From Verrucomicrobiota bacterium (lineage in GTDB: Bacteria; Verrucomicrobiota; Verrucomicrobiia; Limisphaerales; SXQI01), in the NCBI GenBank assembly GCA_033762115.1, contig JANRLX010000070.1, forward strand, positions 1 to 28,821: 28,821 nt of DNA, written 5' to 3'. Shown piece after piece: positions 9,051 to 17,281 of the stretch. The notes beneath the pieces were generated by a model. That model had not been told where the DNA came from, searched no databases, and saw nothing but the letters and a program-made list of their open reading frames with translations. Each line of letters opens with the position of its first letter. The first letter of the stretch is position 1. The translations under genes were made by a program, and so were the position numbers.

Positions 9051-10595
9051 TTAATTTACAAATGCAACCGATGGAGGAGTGGAAGAGGGGAGCAGAAAGC
9101 AGACTGCTTCCTTGTGATTGCGCATAATGAGATAGGGATAAGCCAGGGCGGGAGGATTCCAGGTTTTATCATTAAAGACTGGCAGCTTTACAATTTCCCG
9201 TAATTCCGATGGATCAGGCTCGATCAATACCAATTCTCCTTTTTCCGAGGAAAGCAGAATCAAGTTGCCGACCAGCAGCATTTGCCCATGACCATAGCGA
9301 CCATCCTTCCATTTGCGCTCGCCTGTTACGGGATCGATGCAGACAAAAATGCCATCATCCAAGCCGTAGATGTGATTCTCATGCTGAAGAATCATTGCAA
9401 ATTTCGATTTAAGAGAATTCAATTTCCAGATCTGTTCAACCTGAAATTGATCTTCTCTGCGTGTGACGCGGAGGCGTTCCGAGCCATAGCCATAACCGCT
9501 GGAAACCAGAAGCTCATTTGTTGAAACCTGAACTGGCACGGCAACATGGGGATGAGTAGCCGGCCAGGGATGATGCCACAGGGCAGTACCGTTTTGAGGG
9601 TGGAAAGCATCAACTCCATTCCAGTTGAACAGCACCAATTGAGGTTGACCCGACAGGTTGAATAAAACCGGTGAACTGTAACCGACCTGATCGTTTCCAG
9701 CTGCCCAGATGGATGAGCCTCTCAATGCATCAAGCGCGACGAGGTTACGACCCGCACCACCAGCTGCCACAATGACCCGGTTCTCATGAAGCAAGGGCGA
9801 ACCGCTAAAACCCCATTCGGGAACTGAACCCCCACTGAGATTTGTCGACCACAAGAGGCGACCGCTCATTAAATCGAGGCAATTCAATATGCCAGTAGCA
9901 CCAAAAGCATAGACACGGTTGCTTGAGATTGTCGGGGTTGCGCGGGGTCCCACCCCGCCCAAAGGAGTGAAATAGCGAGCATCATCCATGTGTTTCCAGA
10001 CCAGTTCTCCGGTTTCAAGCTTGTAGGCAGACACCCACTCCTGCTGCTCCTGTTGTTCCTGAGTAATTGCAAGCCCTTCAACCACAGCAAACCCACTCCA
10101 TGCTTCCCCCATTGGGATGCGCCACAAGAGCTTGGGTGGCGCGACGCTCCAGTTGGTTGAAATGGAGGGGGAGTTTACGGTCCCATTACGAGACGGACCT
10201 CCGAATTGCGGAAATGGAGTATGGGTGAGGGAATTTGTGTATGGGACACCAGAGGTGCTGGCAGTACGCGCAGCCTTCTGCTTCCATCGATACTCTACTA
10301 TAGGAACGAGATCGCCCGAAAAACCCGTGATTTTGAATAATCCGCCGCTTAAAACCAGCAGTCCTAAAAAACCGAACACCAAAACAAATCGGAATTTTTC
10401 CAAGACCTTGGAGAAGAGCAGCCAACAAAGCAGTAACACAATGCCAATGAGGATTGTGATCATTGTCCTGATATTCCTTCCCTGCTGTGGCAGGTCGGCA
10501 GCAGATTGAAAATAAAAAATCAGCAGAATTGCGCTTCCTATAATTAGGAAGGGCGGCCAAAGCCGAGGGGCCCAATAATCCAAGCCTTGCTTCAC
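9051..10595 (-). CDS. Membrane-anchored PQQ-binding-like (BamB-like) beta-propeller protein
   Basis: Three N-terminal hydrophobic segments, then FPQFGGPSRNG, and repeated AYKLETGELVW / CLDLMSGRLLW / CIDPVTGERKW blades, GPRATP, YSSP, TWNPPAL. GTG start. Ends 9 bp before the tgt start. Confidence 0.85.
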   Translation of the reverse strand: MKQGLDYWAPRLWPPFLIIGSAILLIFYFQSAADLPQQGRNIRTMITILIGIVLLLCWLLFSKVLEKFRFVLVFGFLGLLVLSGGLFKITGFSGDLVPIVEYRWKQKAARTASTSGVPYTNSLTHTPFPQFGGPSRNGTVNSPSISTNWSVAPPKLLWRIPMGEAWSGFAVVEGLAITQEQQEQQEWVSAYKLETGELVWKHMDDARYFTPLGGVGPRATPTISSNRVYAFGATGILNCLDLMSGRLLWSTNLSGGSVPEWGFSGSPLLHENRVIVAAGGAGRNLVALDALRGSSIWAAGNDQVGYSSPVLFNLSGQPQLVLFNWNGVDAFHPQNGTALWHHPWPATHPHVAVPVQVSTNELLVSSGYGYGSERLRVTRREDQFQVEQIWKLNSLKSKFAMILQHENHIYGLDDGIFVCIDPVTGERKWKDGRYGHGQMLLVGNLILLSSEKGELVLIEPDPSELREIVKLPVFNDKTWNPPALAYPYLIMRNHKEAVCFLLPSSTPPSVAFVN

Positions 10596-10787
10596 GCCAC
10601 AGGGTGCATGGTAGAAGGTGGGGAACTCAACTGAATTCTGAGGAGAATCAATTGCAAGGGCAGAGAAAAAATGCTATGCCAAACGCTCCTCTGATTCAAG
10701 GCTTTTGAACGAAAAGAACGGAACCGCTCATTGGTCAGCAGCGGCTCAACCGGTTCAGAAAATAATCAGCCACAGGGGAGCATATTC

Positions 10788-11654
10788 ATGAAGCTTTACA
10801 CCTTTTATCATGCGGAACGAAAACATCTGGGAATCGGTGTGCGCAGCAGCATTGTGCATCTGCCATTAGCTTATGCCGTAATGAGATCGGTCCGGGGTGT
10901 AACTGAAAATGCACCTGTGTCATTGCCTAATGACATGCTTGCTTTCATTCGAATGGGGGAGACTGGATCAAAGGCAGCCGAGGAAGTCGTCTCTTTTATG
11001 AAGAGACGCCCAGCATTGCCTGTCGGAGAGCAGATTATTTTCGGATTCGATGACGTGAAGTTGTGTGCTCCCATCCTAAAATCGGGAAAAATCATTTGTG
11101 CTCGTTTTTCGGAAAACAAAAACTCACCCGAAGCTTTTTTTTCCAAATTTCCTTCATGCTTGCTTGGGCCAAATGAGCCGATACTGCAACCCGCTCATGT
11201 GAGCCAGTTGAGCTGTCAGCCAGTGGTTGCGGTTGTCATCGGAAAATTAATACCTCGAGGTAAGATTGAAGATATTTCCCAGGGTATTTTTGGATATACC
11301 CTGCTGAAAGACATTTCTGTAGCAAATGGAACTTTGGATTTGCTTTCCGGAAATTTTGATACCTTCTGCCCTCTTGGCCCCTGTGTCCATGTCACAGAGG
11401 GTTTAGCGGAAATTGAAAAGATTCAGGCAAGGTTCCTTATCAATGGTGATGAAATCGTTCTGAGTCCGATCAGCGGAGTTTTTGGGATTCTCGCGCGGCT
11501 TGTCGAAACGATGACCCTGGAACCGGGTGATGTTATCGGTATTGCGGCGAAATCCAGAGAGGGCAGTTGCTTTGTCTTGAAAACTGGTGACGTGACAATG
11601 CTGGAAGCAGATGATCTCGGAAAACTTGAGAACAGAGTGATTCAGACAGCTTAA
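10788..11654 (+). CDS. Fumarylacetoacetate hydrolase (FAH) family-like protein with a degenerate active site
   Basis: GGGGAG RBS before ATG 10788, preferred over the TTG at 10731. FAH scaffold motifs: LCAPILKSGKIIC, FFSKFPSCLLGPNEPI, VAVVIGK, IFGYT, FDTFCPLGP, MTLEPGDVI, LGKLENRV. Confidence 0.82.
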   Translation: MKLYTFYHAERKHLGIGVRSSIVHLPLAYAVMRSVRGVTENAPVSLPNDMLAFIRMGETGSKAAEEVVSFMKRRPALPVGEQIIFGFDDVKLCAPILKSGKIICARFSENKNSPEAFFSKFPSCLLGPNEPILQPAHVSQLSCQPVVAVVIGKLIPRGKIEDISQGIFGYTLLKDISVANGTLDLLSGNFDTFCPLGPCVHVTEGLAEIEKIQARFLINGDEIVLSPISGVFGILARLVETMTLEPGDVIGIAAKSREGSCFVLKTGDVTMLEADDLGKLENRVIQTA

Positions 11655-11666
11655 CTCCTGAATTGC

Positions 11667-11694
11667 TTGGCTTATTCAAGCGCAAGGGCATAAT
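11667..11694 (+). promoter_or_regulatory. Putative sigma70-type promoter for a possibly leaderless alkaline phosphatase mRNA
   Basis: TTGGCT (11667-11672), 16 nt spacer, CATAAT (11689-11694), then 6 nt to ATG 11701. No Shine-Dalgarno sequence. Confidence 0.4.
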
Positions 11695-11700
11695 TAATTA

Positions 11701-13188
11701 ATGGCTCTCACTCGACGTTCTTTTTTCACCGCCGCCGGACTGATTGCTGGCGGGGGGTTGGTTTCTCCCTCCATTAGCCTCGCCCGCGAAAGCGCGAACC
11801 CCGGAGCAAAACCCCGGCACATTATCCATCTTGTCTCTGACGGAATGAGTTCCGGAACTTTGAGTTGCAGCAATGAACTATCCCATCTGCTTCGCAAGCG
11901 CCCACTCACCTGGATCAATTTGCTGAACCAGCCAAACGTGGTTTCCAGCACAATGAACATGCGTTCATTAAATTCATATGTCACAGACTCTTCCGCAGCT
12001 TCCTCAAGCTGGGGCAGTGGTTCAAGAATCGTGAATGGTGGAGTCAACATCCTCCCTGACGGTCGTTCTTTAAAGCCACTTTACGAAATCCTGAAGGAAG
12101 CCGGGTGGAAAAGAGGGCTCGTCACCACAACCGAGATTACTCACGCGACACCCGCAGGTTTTGTGGCAAAAGGGTTGAAGCGAGACGCAGCAGAACAGAT
12201 TGCTTTGCAATACCTCTCCCAAAAAGTGGAGGTCCTGTTGGGCGGAGGCTCGAAATTTTTTACGGCAACAGAACGGGGCGACAAAAAAGATCTTCTTAAA
12301 GAATATCAGAATAACGATTATGTCATTTGCCAGAACGCGGATGACCTCAAGAATGCGGACAATACGAAATCGTGGTTAGGGATCTTCAGTAAAAGCCATT
12401 TGCCTTATACAATCGACCAGATCGCAAGCGACGACCTGACCAGGAAAATTCCCACTCTGGCTCAAATGACCCGTCGCGCGTTGGACAAATTAATGCAAGC
12501 GGATCGTTTTATTCTCCAGGTTGAAGGAGGCCGGGTGGACCATGCGGCGCACACTTGCGATGCTGCTTCAGCTTTTCGTGACCAGATCGCCTTTGATGAA
12601 GCAATTGATGTTTGTTTGGATTTTCAAAAAAAGCATCCTGAAACTTTGATCGTCATCACCACGGATCATGGCAATGGAAATCCAGCGCTGAATGGAAGCG
12701 GCGAAATTTACGGTAAAAGCAATGCCTTATTGGCGAACCTGAAAAAAGTCCGCCGCTCGTTCTCTGCGGTCTTTGAAGAGATTGAGGGCGTGAAAACAGG
12801 GAACTCCACCGAAATACGTCGAATCCTTTCGGATGCGTTCGGAACCAAGGTGCCCTGGGTAAAGGTGGGGCAATTAATGCGCTACTTCGAGGGAGAGCAG
12901 GCAGCATTGTATGATCTGATGAATTCACCCGAATGTCATCTTGGCCAATTTGTTGCAAATTTTACAGGCATTGGTTGGACAGGGAATGCGCATACCGGTG
13001 ATTATGTGCCACTGGTTGCGGTCGGTCCGGGAGCGGAGGATTTCCGCGGATTTATTCAAAATATCGATATTTTTGATCGGTATATGAAGTTTGCCGGGAT
13101 TGATTTCCGAAACCCGGTAGCCGAAGAATCAGATGAAGTTGCTTACAGTCGGGAGAATCGTGCGGAATACCGTAAATTCCACGCTTAA
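11701..13188 (+). CDS. phoA: Alkaline phosphatase (PhoA family) with a Tat signal peptide
   Basis: N-terminal TRRSFF Tat motif; SDGMS, VTDSSAA (nucleophile Ser), THATPAGF, QVEGGRVDHAAH, TTDHG, HTGDYVP. Confidence 0.9.
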   Translation: MALTRRSFFTAAGLIAGGGLVSPSISLARESANPGAKPRHIIHLVSDGMSSGTLSCSNELSHLLRKRPLTWINLLNQPNVVSSTMNMRSLNSYVTDSSAASSSWGSGSRIVNGGVNILPDGRSLKPLYEILKEAGWKRGLVTTTEITHATPAGFVAKGLKRDAAEQIALQYLSQKVEVLLGGGSKFFTATERGDKKDLLKEYQNNDYVICQNADDLKNADNTKSWLGIFSKSHLPYTIDQIASDDLTRKIPTLAQMTRRALDKLMQADRFILQVEGGRVDHAAHTCDAASAFRDQIAFDEAIDVCLDFQKKHPETLIVITTDHGNGNPALNGSGEIYGKSNALLANLKKVRRSFSAVFEEIEGVKTGNSTEIRRILSDAFGTKVPWVKVGQLMRYFEGEQAALYDLMNSPECHLGQFVANFTGIGWTGNAHTGDYVPLVAVGPGAEDFRGFIQNIDIFDRYMKFAGIDFRNPVAEESDEVAYSRENRAEYRKFHA

Positions 13189-13195
13189 ATCAAAC

Positions 13196-14647
13196 TCAGG
13201 CGATTAGTTCTTTGACGACGTTGCCATGGACATCGGTGAGGCGGAAATCACGCCCGGCGTGGCGGAATGTAAATTTTTCGTGATCAAAACCGAGCAGGTG
13301 GAGGATCGTTGCATGAAGGTCATGGATATGCATTTTTTTGTCCACAGCCTGAAAACCAAATTCATCAGTGGCTCCATGCACATATCCACCTTTGACTCCG
13401 CCGCCAGCCATCCAGACAGTAAAACCATGATGATTATGGTCTCTCCCGTTGATTTTTCCTGCGTTTGAACCGGGTTGAGGCAGTTCCACTGTTGGGGTCC
13501 TGCCAAATTCGCCGCCCCAGATCACGAGAGTTTCGTCAAGCAATCCTCGCTGCTTCAAATCCTTCAACAATGCTCCGATAGCCTGATCGCAATTTTTGGC
13601 AAGGCGGGCATGGTTTTCCTGAATATCATCGTGATTGTCCCAGGGTTGACCTTCCCCAGTCCAGACCTGGACAAAGCGAACTCCTCGTTCAATTAATCTG
13701 CGGGCGATCAAAATCTGTCTTGCCTGAGTTCCTTCGCCATACATTTTTCGGATGTGCTCCGGCTCACGATTGATGTCAAAAGCGTCCGTGGCATCCATCT
13801 GCATCCGATAAGCCAGTTCAAACGATTGAATACGTGCCTCAAGCTGGCTATCCTGGCCACGCGCTTTCATGTGACGTTGGTTCAATTTTTGAAGAAGATC
13901 GAGCTGCGCACGTTGCTCAGGCAGAGAGGTGTAGCGGCTTTGGATATTTTCGATCAGCTTCTCGATTTTTGTGTGCTGGGTATCAATATAGGTTCCCTGA
14001 AATACCCCCGGCAGAAAGCCAGCCTGCCAGTTCTGAGATTCCTGAATCGGATAGCCACCCGGACACATGGCAATGAAACCAGGCAAATTTTGATTTTCCG
14101 TCCCCAAACCGTAGGTAACCCATGACCCAAGGCTGGGCCGGATCAAACGAGCTTCGCCACAATTCATCAAAAGTAATGATGGCTCATGGTTTGGAACATC
14201 AGCATGTGCAGAACGAATTACCGCAATATCATCGACGCATTCACCTACATTTGGGAAGAGTTCACTGACCTCAATTCCGCTTTGGCCATACTTTTTAAAT
14301 TTAAAAGGGGAGGGGAAGGCAGTTCCTGTTTTCCGTTCGGTTTTAAGATTCTCGATTGGTAACAGTTTACCCGCGTATTTATCCAATGCTGGTTTGGGAT
14401 CGAAAGTATCGATATGGGACGGCCCTCCATTCATGAATAAATGAATGATTCTCTTAGCCTTTCCAGGAAATTGGGGATTCTTCGGGGCTAAAGCGGAAGT
14501 GAAACCGGAATTTGCCTGAAGAGTTGGAGAAAAAACATCGCTTAGCAGGGTGCCCAACCCAATGGCGCCCATGCCCATGCCGCAACGGGAAAGAAATTCG
14601 CGACGAGTCAGTGCGAGATGCTCAGGATTAAAACCGTGATGTGACAT
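13196..14647 (-). CDS. DUF1501 domain-containing protein with a Tat-like signal
   Basis: TRREFL, IIHLFMNGGPSHIDTFDPKP, PSLGSWVTYGLG, SFELAYRMQ, ARRLIERGVRFVQ, WGGEFGRTP, GRDHN, DFRLTDVHG. The ATG at 14647 is preferred over the TTG at 14683. Confidence 0.9.
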   Translation of the reverse strand: MSHHGFNPEHLALTRREFLSRCGMGMGAIGLGTLLSDVFSPTLQANSGFTSALAPKNPQFPGKAKRIIHLFMNGGPSHIDTFDPKPALDKYAGKLLPIENLKTERKTGTAFPSPFKFKKYGQSGIEVSELFPNVGECVDDIAVIRSAHADVPNHEPSLLLMNCGEARLIRPSLGSWVTYGLGTENQNLPGFIAMCPGGYPIQESQNWQAGFLPGVFQGTYIDTQHTKIEKLIENIQSRYTSLPEQRAQLDLLQKLNQRHMKARGQDSQLEARIQSFELAYRMQMDATDAFDINREPEHIRKMYGEGTQARQILIARRLIERGVRFVQVWTGEGQPWDNHDDIQENHARLAKNCDQAIGALLKDLKQRGLLDETLVIWGGEFGRTPTVELPQPGSNAGKINGRDHNHHGFTVWMAGGGVKGGYVHGATDEFGFQAVDKKMHIHDLHATILHLLGFDHEKFTFRHAGRDFRLTDVHGNVVKELIA

Positions 14648-14691
14648 GACACTTTGGTCGATAGACGATCCCGCCCCTGACAAAATTCAGT

Positions 14692-15384
14692 TCAGGGAAA
14701 TATTTTGGCATAAAACTGATTCGACCCAAGTTTTTTGGCGTTCTCCGCAGATAAGATGAGGGAAGCGCAGCCAGCGCGTTGCGCACAAGCCTGGTCTCTT
14801 TCCTCGCGGTCACCGATATGCAGGCATTCTGCGGTGGGAACCTGGAACTGCTCACAGATCCACAATACCCCCTTTGGATCTGGCTTTAACCTGTTAATGC
14901 AAGGATCGATTGCGCTTGCTGCAATGTCTGGTTTCAAGCCCAGAAATTGGAGTTTTTCTATTACAGGATGATCAGAAAAAACACCGATCTTAATATTTTT
15001 TTGGCGAAGCCGTTCGAAAAGCTCAACGATTCCATGTGGTCTGCAGGAGGGCAGGTGAGTCAATGGCTTCTTCAATATCCAAAAATCAACAATTTGTTGA
15101 ATTGAACCACTTTCCAGGTTGAGTTTCTCAGCAACCCATTCGTATTGTGCAGCATGGAGGTTGGGCACTTCCTTTTCAAAATTTTTTTCACGCAAGCGGC
15201 GGAATGCTGAAATGACTTTGAGTTCGTGAAATCGATGAGGCCGAACCAAATAGTAAAACGCGAGTTCCAGAGCCATGCGGTATCGAAGCTGTCTCTGGTC
15301 ATAAAGCGTACCATCCAAATCAAAAATGACTGCACGAAATTGTCTCCAGTCAATTTCCTGAATCGAATTAGCAGTGAAGATCAC
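14692..15384 (-). CDS. HAD-superfamily phosphatase
   Basis: Motif I FDLDGT, motif II FSD, KPDP, HIGDREERD. Likely GTG start at 15384 overlaps the upstream stop as GTGA. Confidence 0.88.
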   Translation of the reverse strand: MIFTANSIQEIDWRQFRAVIFDLDGTLYDQRQLRYRMALELAFYYLVRPHRFHELKVISAFRRLREKNFEKEVPNLHAAQYEWVAEKLNLESGSIQQIVDFWILKKPLTHLPSCRPHGIVELFERLRQKNIKIGVFSDHPVIEKLQFLGLKPDIAASAIDPCINRLKPDPKGVLWICEQFQVPTAECLHIGDREERDQACAQRAGCASLILSAENAKKLGSNQFYAKIFP

Positions 15385-16373
15385 AGCTCTGAGAAGGTAT
15401 TCCGAAGCAACTTGTGAAGTATTGGTATATCGAAAACAAATAGCGCTACAAATGTCAGGGTCAAACAAAGCACATAGAGCATGAATGCTCGTTGCGAAAG
15501 CAATTTTTCAGGATGTTGAGCCGGTGAATCTTCGTCCATGCCCATTCGCAAATACCATGTGAATAATCCTGCGATTAACGGGAAGCTCAGGAGTAATTCA
15601 ATTCGATATTTAATCAGAAAAACCCCAAGAAAAAGAGTGGAGCCCATAGCGTAAAACACTGATGAACAAAGAAGGCTTTCTTCGGAATAAGTTTTGAAAG
15701 ACTGGCGATAGAGGCCGGCAATTTCCCTGCTGCCGATGGTGCGAAATTCTGCGTACCTTTTAACAGCCATCAGGAAAGCACCCCCCAACCAGTAAGCCAA
15801 AATCAGACTTGATGGTGGCATCAAGGTGGAAATCACCACAAACCAACCCATGCAAAGGCGAATGGGATTGTTGATGGATTCAGAGATGACATCCAAATAA
15901 ACGCGATCCTTGGATCTGAAAGGCTGAACATTGTAAATCACCCCCATGACCAGAAGAAAGAGAGTTGCGAAAAAGAAAGGCCAGTTAAGAAATGCAGCAA
16001 GTAAGAGTGAGGAAGCTATCAATAGAATGTATTGCAGATAGATCCCGAATGCCTTCACTCTTCCACTGACAGAGGGACGAGTCCGCTTTTTTGGATGAAA
16101 ACGGTCAAAGTGACGATCAAGCCATTCATTGATAGTGTAATTTGCTGAGGCTGCGAGGCAGGTGGCGCTCATCCCGATTAATAATGGGAATAAAACCTTT
16201 TGCCAGGATGTTTTGCTGACCAGCATCGCGAGGAAAACTCCGGGCAGAATGAACAAGTTTTTCGTCCAATGGTCTGGTCGAGCAATTGCAATGTAATCAA
16301 AGAGCTTGGGTCTGGAATTAGCTACCAGTGTCTCTTCTGTTTTGTGCACAGTTGATTGCTCTTCATCAATCAT
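15381..16373 (-). CDS. UbiA-family membrane enzyme, polyprenyl-phosphate phosphoribosyltransferase (DPPR synthase)-like
   Basis: ARPDHWTKN, YTINEWLDRHFDRFHPKKRTRP, KDRVYLDV, AVKRYAE, and multiple TM segments. ATGA overlap with the upstream gene. Confidence 0.87.
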   Translation of the reverse strand: MIDEEQSTVHKTEETLVANSRPKLFDYIAIARPDHWTKNLFILPGVFLAMLVSKTSWQKVLFPLLIGMSATCLAASANYTINEWLDRHFDRFHPKKRTRPSVSGRVKAFGIYLQYILLIASSLLLAAFLNWPFFFATLFLLVMGVIYNVQPFRSKDRVYLDVISESINNPIRLCMGWFVVISTLMPPSSLILAYWLGGAFLMAVKRYAEFRTIGSREIAGLYRQSFKTYSEESLLCSSVFYAMGSTLFLGVFLIKYRIELLLSFPLIAGLFTWYLRMGMDEDSPAQHPEKLLSQRAFMLYVLCLTLTFVALFVFDIPILHKLLRNTFSEL

Positions 16374-17281
16374 GAGCTTTTGCGCCGAAAAATAACCTGC
16401 ATGGAATCAAAAAAATTCACTCGAATCGTTCTTTCTCTCAAAAAATGAGGTAACTTAAAATGAAAAACTGAAGGGAAATATTTCTGAGCTCGTTCTGCTG
16501 CATACTCCATGGTGAAATACCAGGGGGGGCTTGAGGTTTCAATAATCTCCAAATCAGCAGATTCCATCAATCTTGTTAAGGTTGCAGGACTAAAATAACC
16601 AATGTGAGCAACCCGAAAATGCCACCATTTCGATTTCAAAAAACGGGCCATCCATGATTCGACGTTTGGAGTCGTCAGGACGCCGAAGCCTGTGGGAGAT
16701 AAATGATTTGCAATATTTTTAAGAAGCTCGCCGGGGTGTGGCACATGCTCCAGAACATCAACGAGAGTAATGATATCAAACGGACCTCTAACACTTTCGT
16801 GGGGAAACGTGCCCAAACGAACATTAAACCCATTTGCAATGGCGGCTTGGGCGAGGGACCGTGAGGGTTCTATGCCAATACAATGGAACCCGAGTTTTTC
16901 CGCTTGTTCGATGAGAATGCCTGACGCAGCACCAATATCCAGCAACTGTCCTGAGGTTTTGTACCGGACAAGGCTTTCAAGGATTTTTCGTGATTGCAGC
17001 CCCCGTTGTTCCCGTCCTTTGTTGTATTCGGGATCTTCGAGGTTTTCGTAAAAATTGAGAACTGTAGAGAGGTCCGTGCATTGCTTGAATCCACAGGCAG
17101 TGCATTCATCAATACGGGCGGTGTGGCCATAATGCGAGTCGGTGATTCGAAAATCTTCCGGGGAAATATTTCCGTTCAATGTGGACTCTTTAAACACCTT
17201 CCATTCGGTGCCATTACAAACCCAGCAATTTGGAAGCGAGATCACGTTGGTTTTGCCTCTGTATTGATAATTTTCGGACAC
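16370..17281 (-). CDS. Class I SAM-dependent methyltransferase with an N-terminal Zn-ribbon
   Basis: CWVC...CTAC, LLDIGAASG, GIEPS, FDIITLVDVLEHV, LTTPN, HIGYFS. GTG start. Confidence 0.88.
   Translation of the reverse strand: MSENYQYRGKTNVISLPNCWVCNGTEWKVFKESTLNGNISPEDFRITDSHYGHTARIDECTACGFKQCTDLSTVLNFYENLEDPEYNKGREQRGLQSRKILESLVRYKTSGQLLDIGAASGILIEQAEKLGFHCIGIEPSRSLAQAAIANGFNVRLGTFPHESVRGPFDIITLVDVLEHVPHPGELLKNIANHLSPTGFGVLTTPNVESWMARFLKSKWWHFRVAHIGYFSPATLTRLMESADLEIIETSSPPWYFTMEYAAERAQKYFPSVFHFKLPHFLRERTIRVNFFDSMQVIFRRKSS

Noticed and set aside
9051..10595. Calling the PQQ-like propellers (also 22465-23829) bamB or true PQQ dehydrogenases
   Set aside because: No BamB gene context and no catalytic quinoprotein motifs were seen; only generic blade repeats are supported.
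15385..15468. N-terminal extensions in the ORF track for HAD (also panE to 19789, HU to 20144, FAH from 10731, TPR from 23801)
   Set aside because: They overlap neighbouring genes or a terminator, or precede a start with better RBS, coupling or signal-peptide support.
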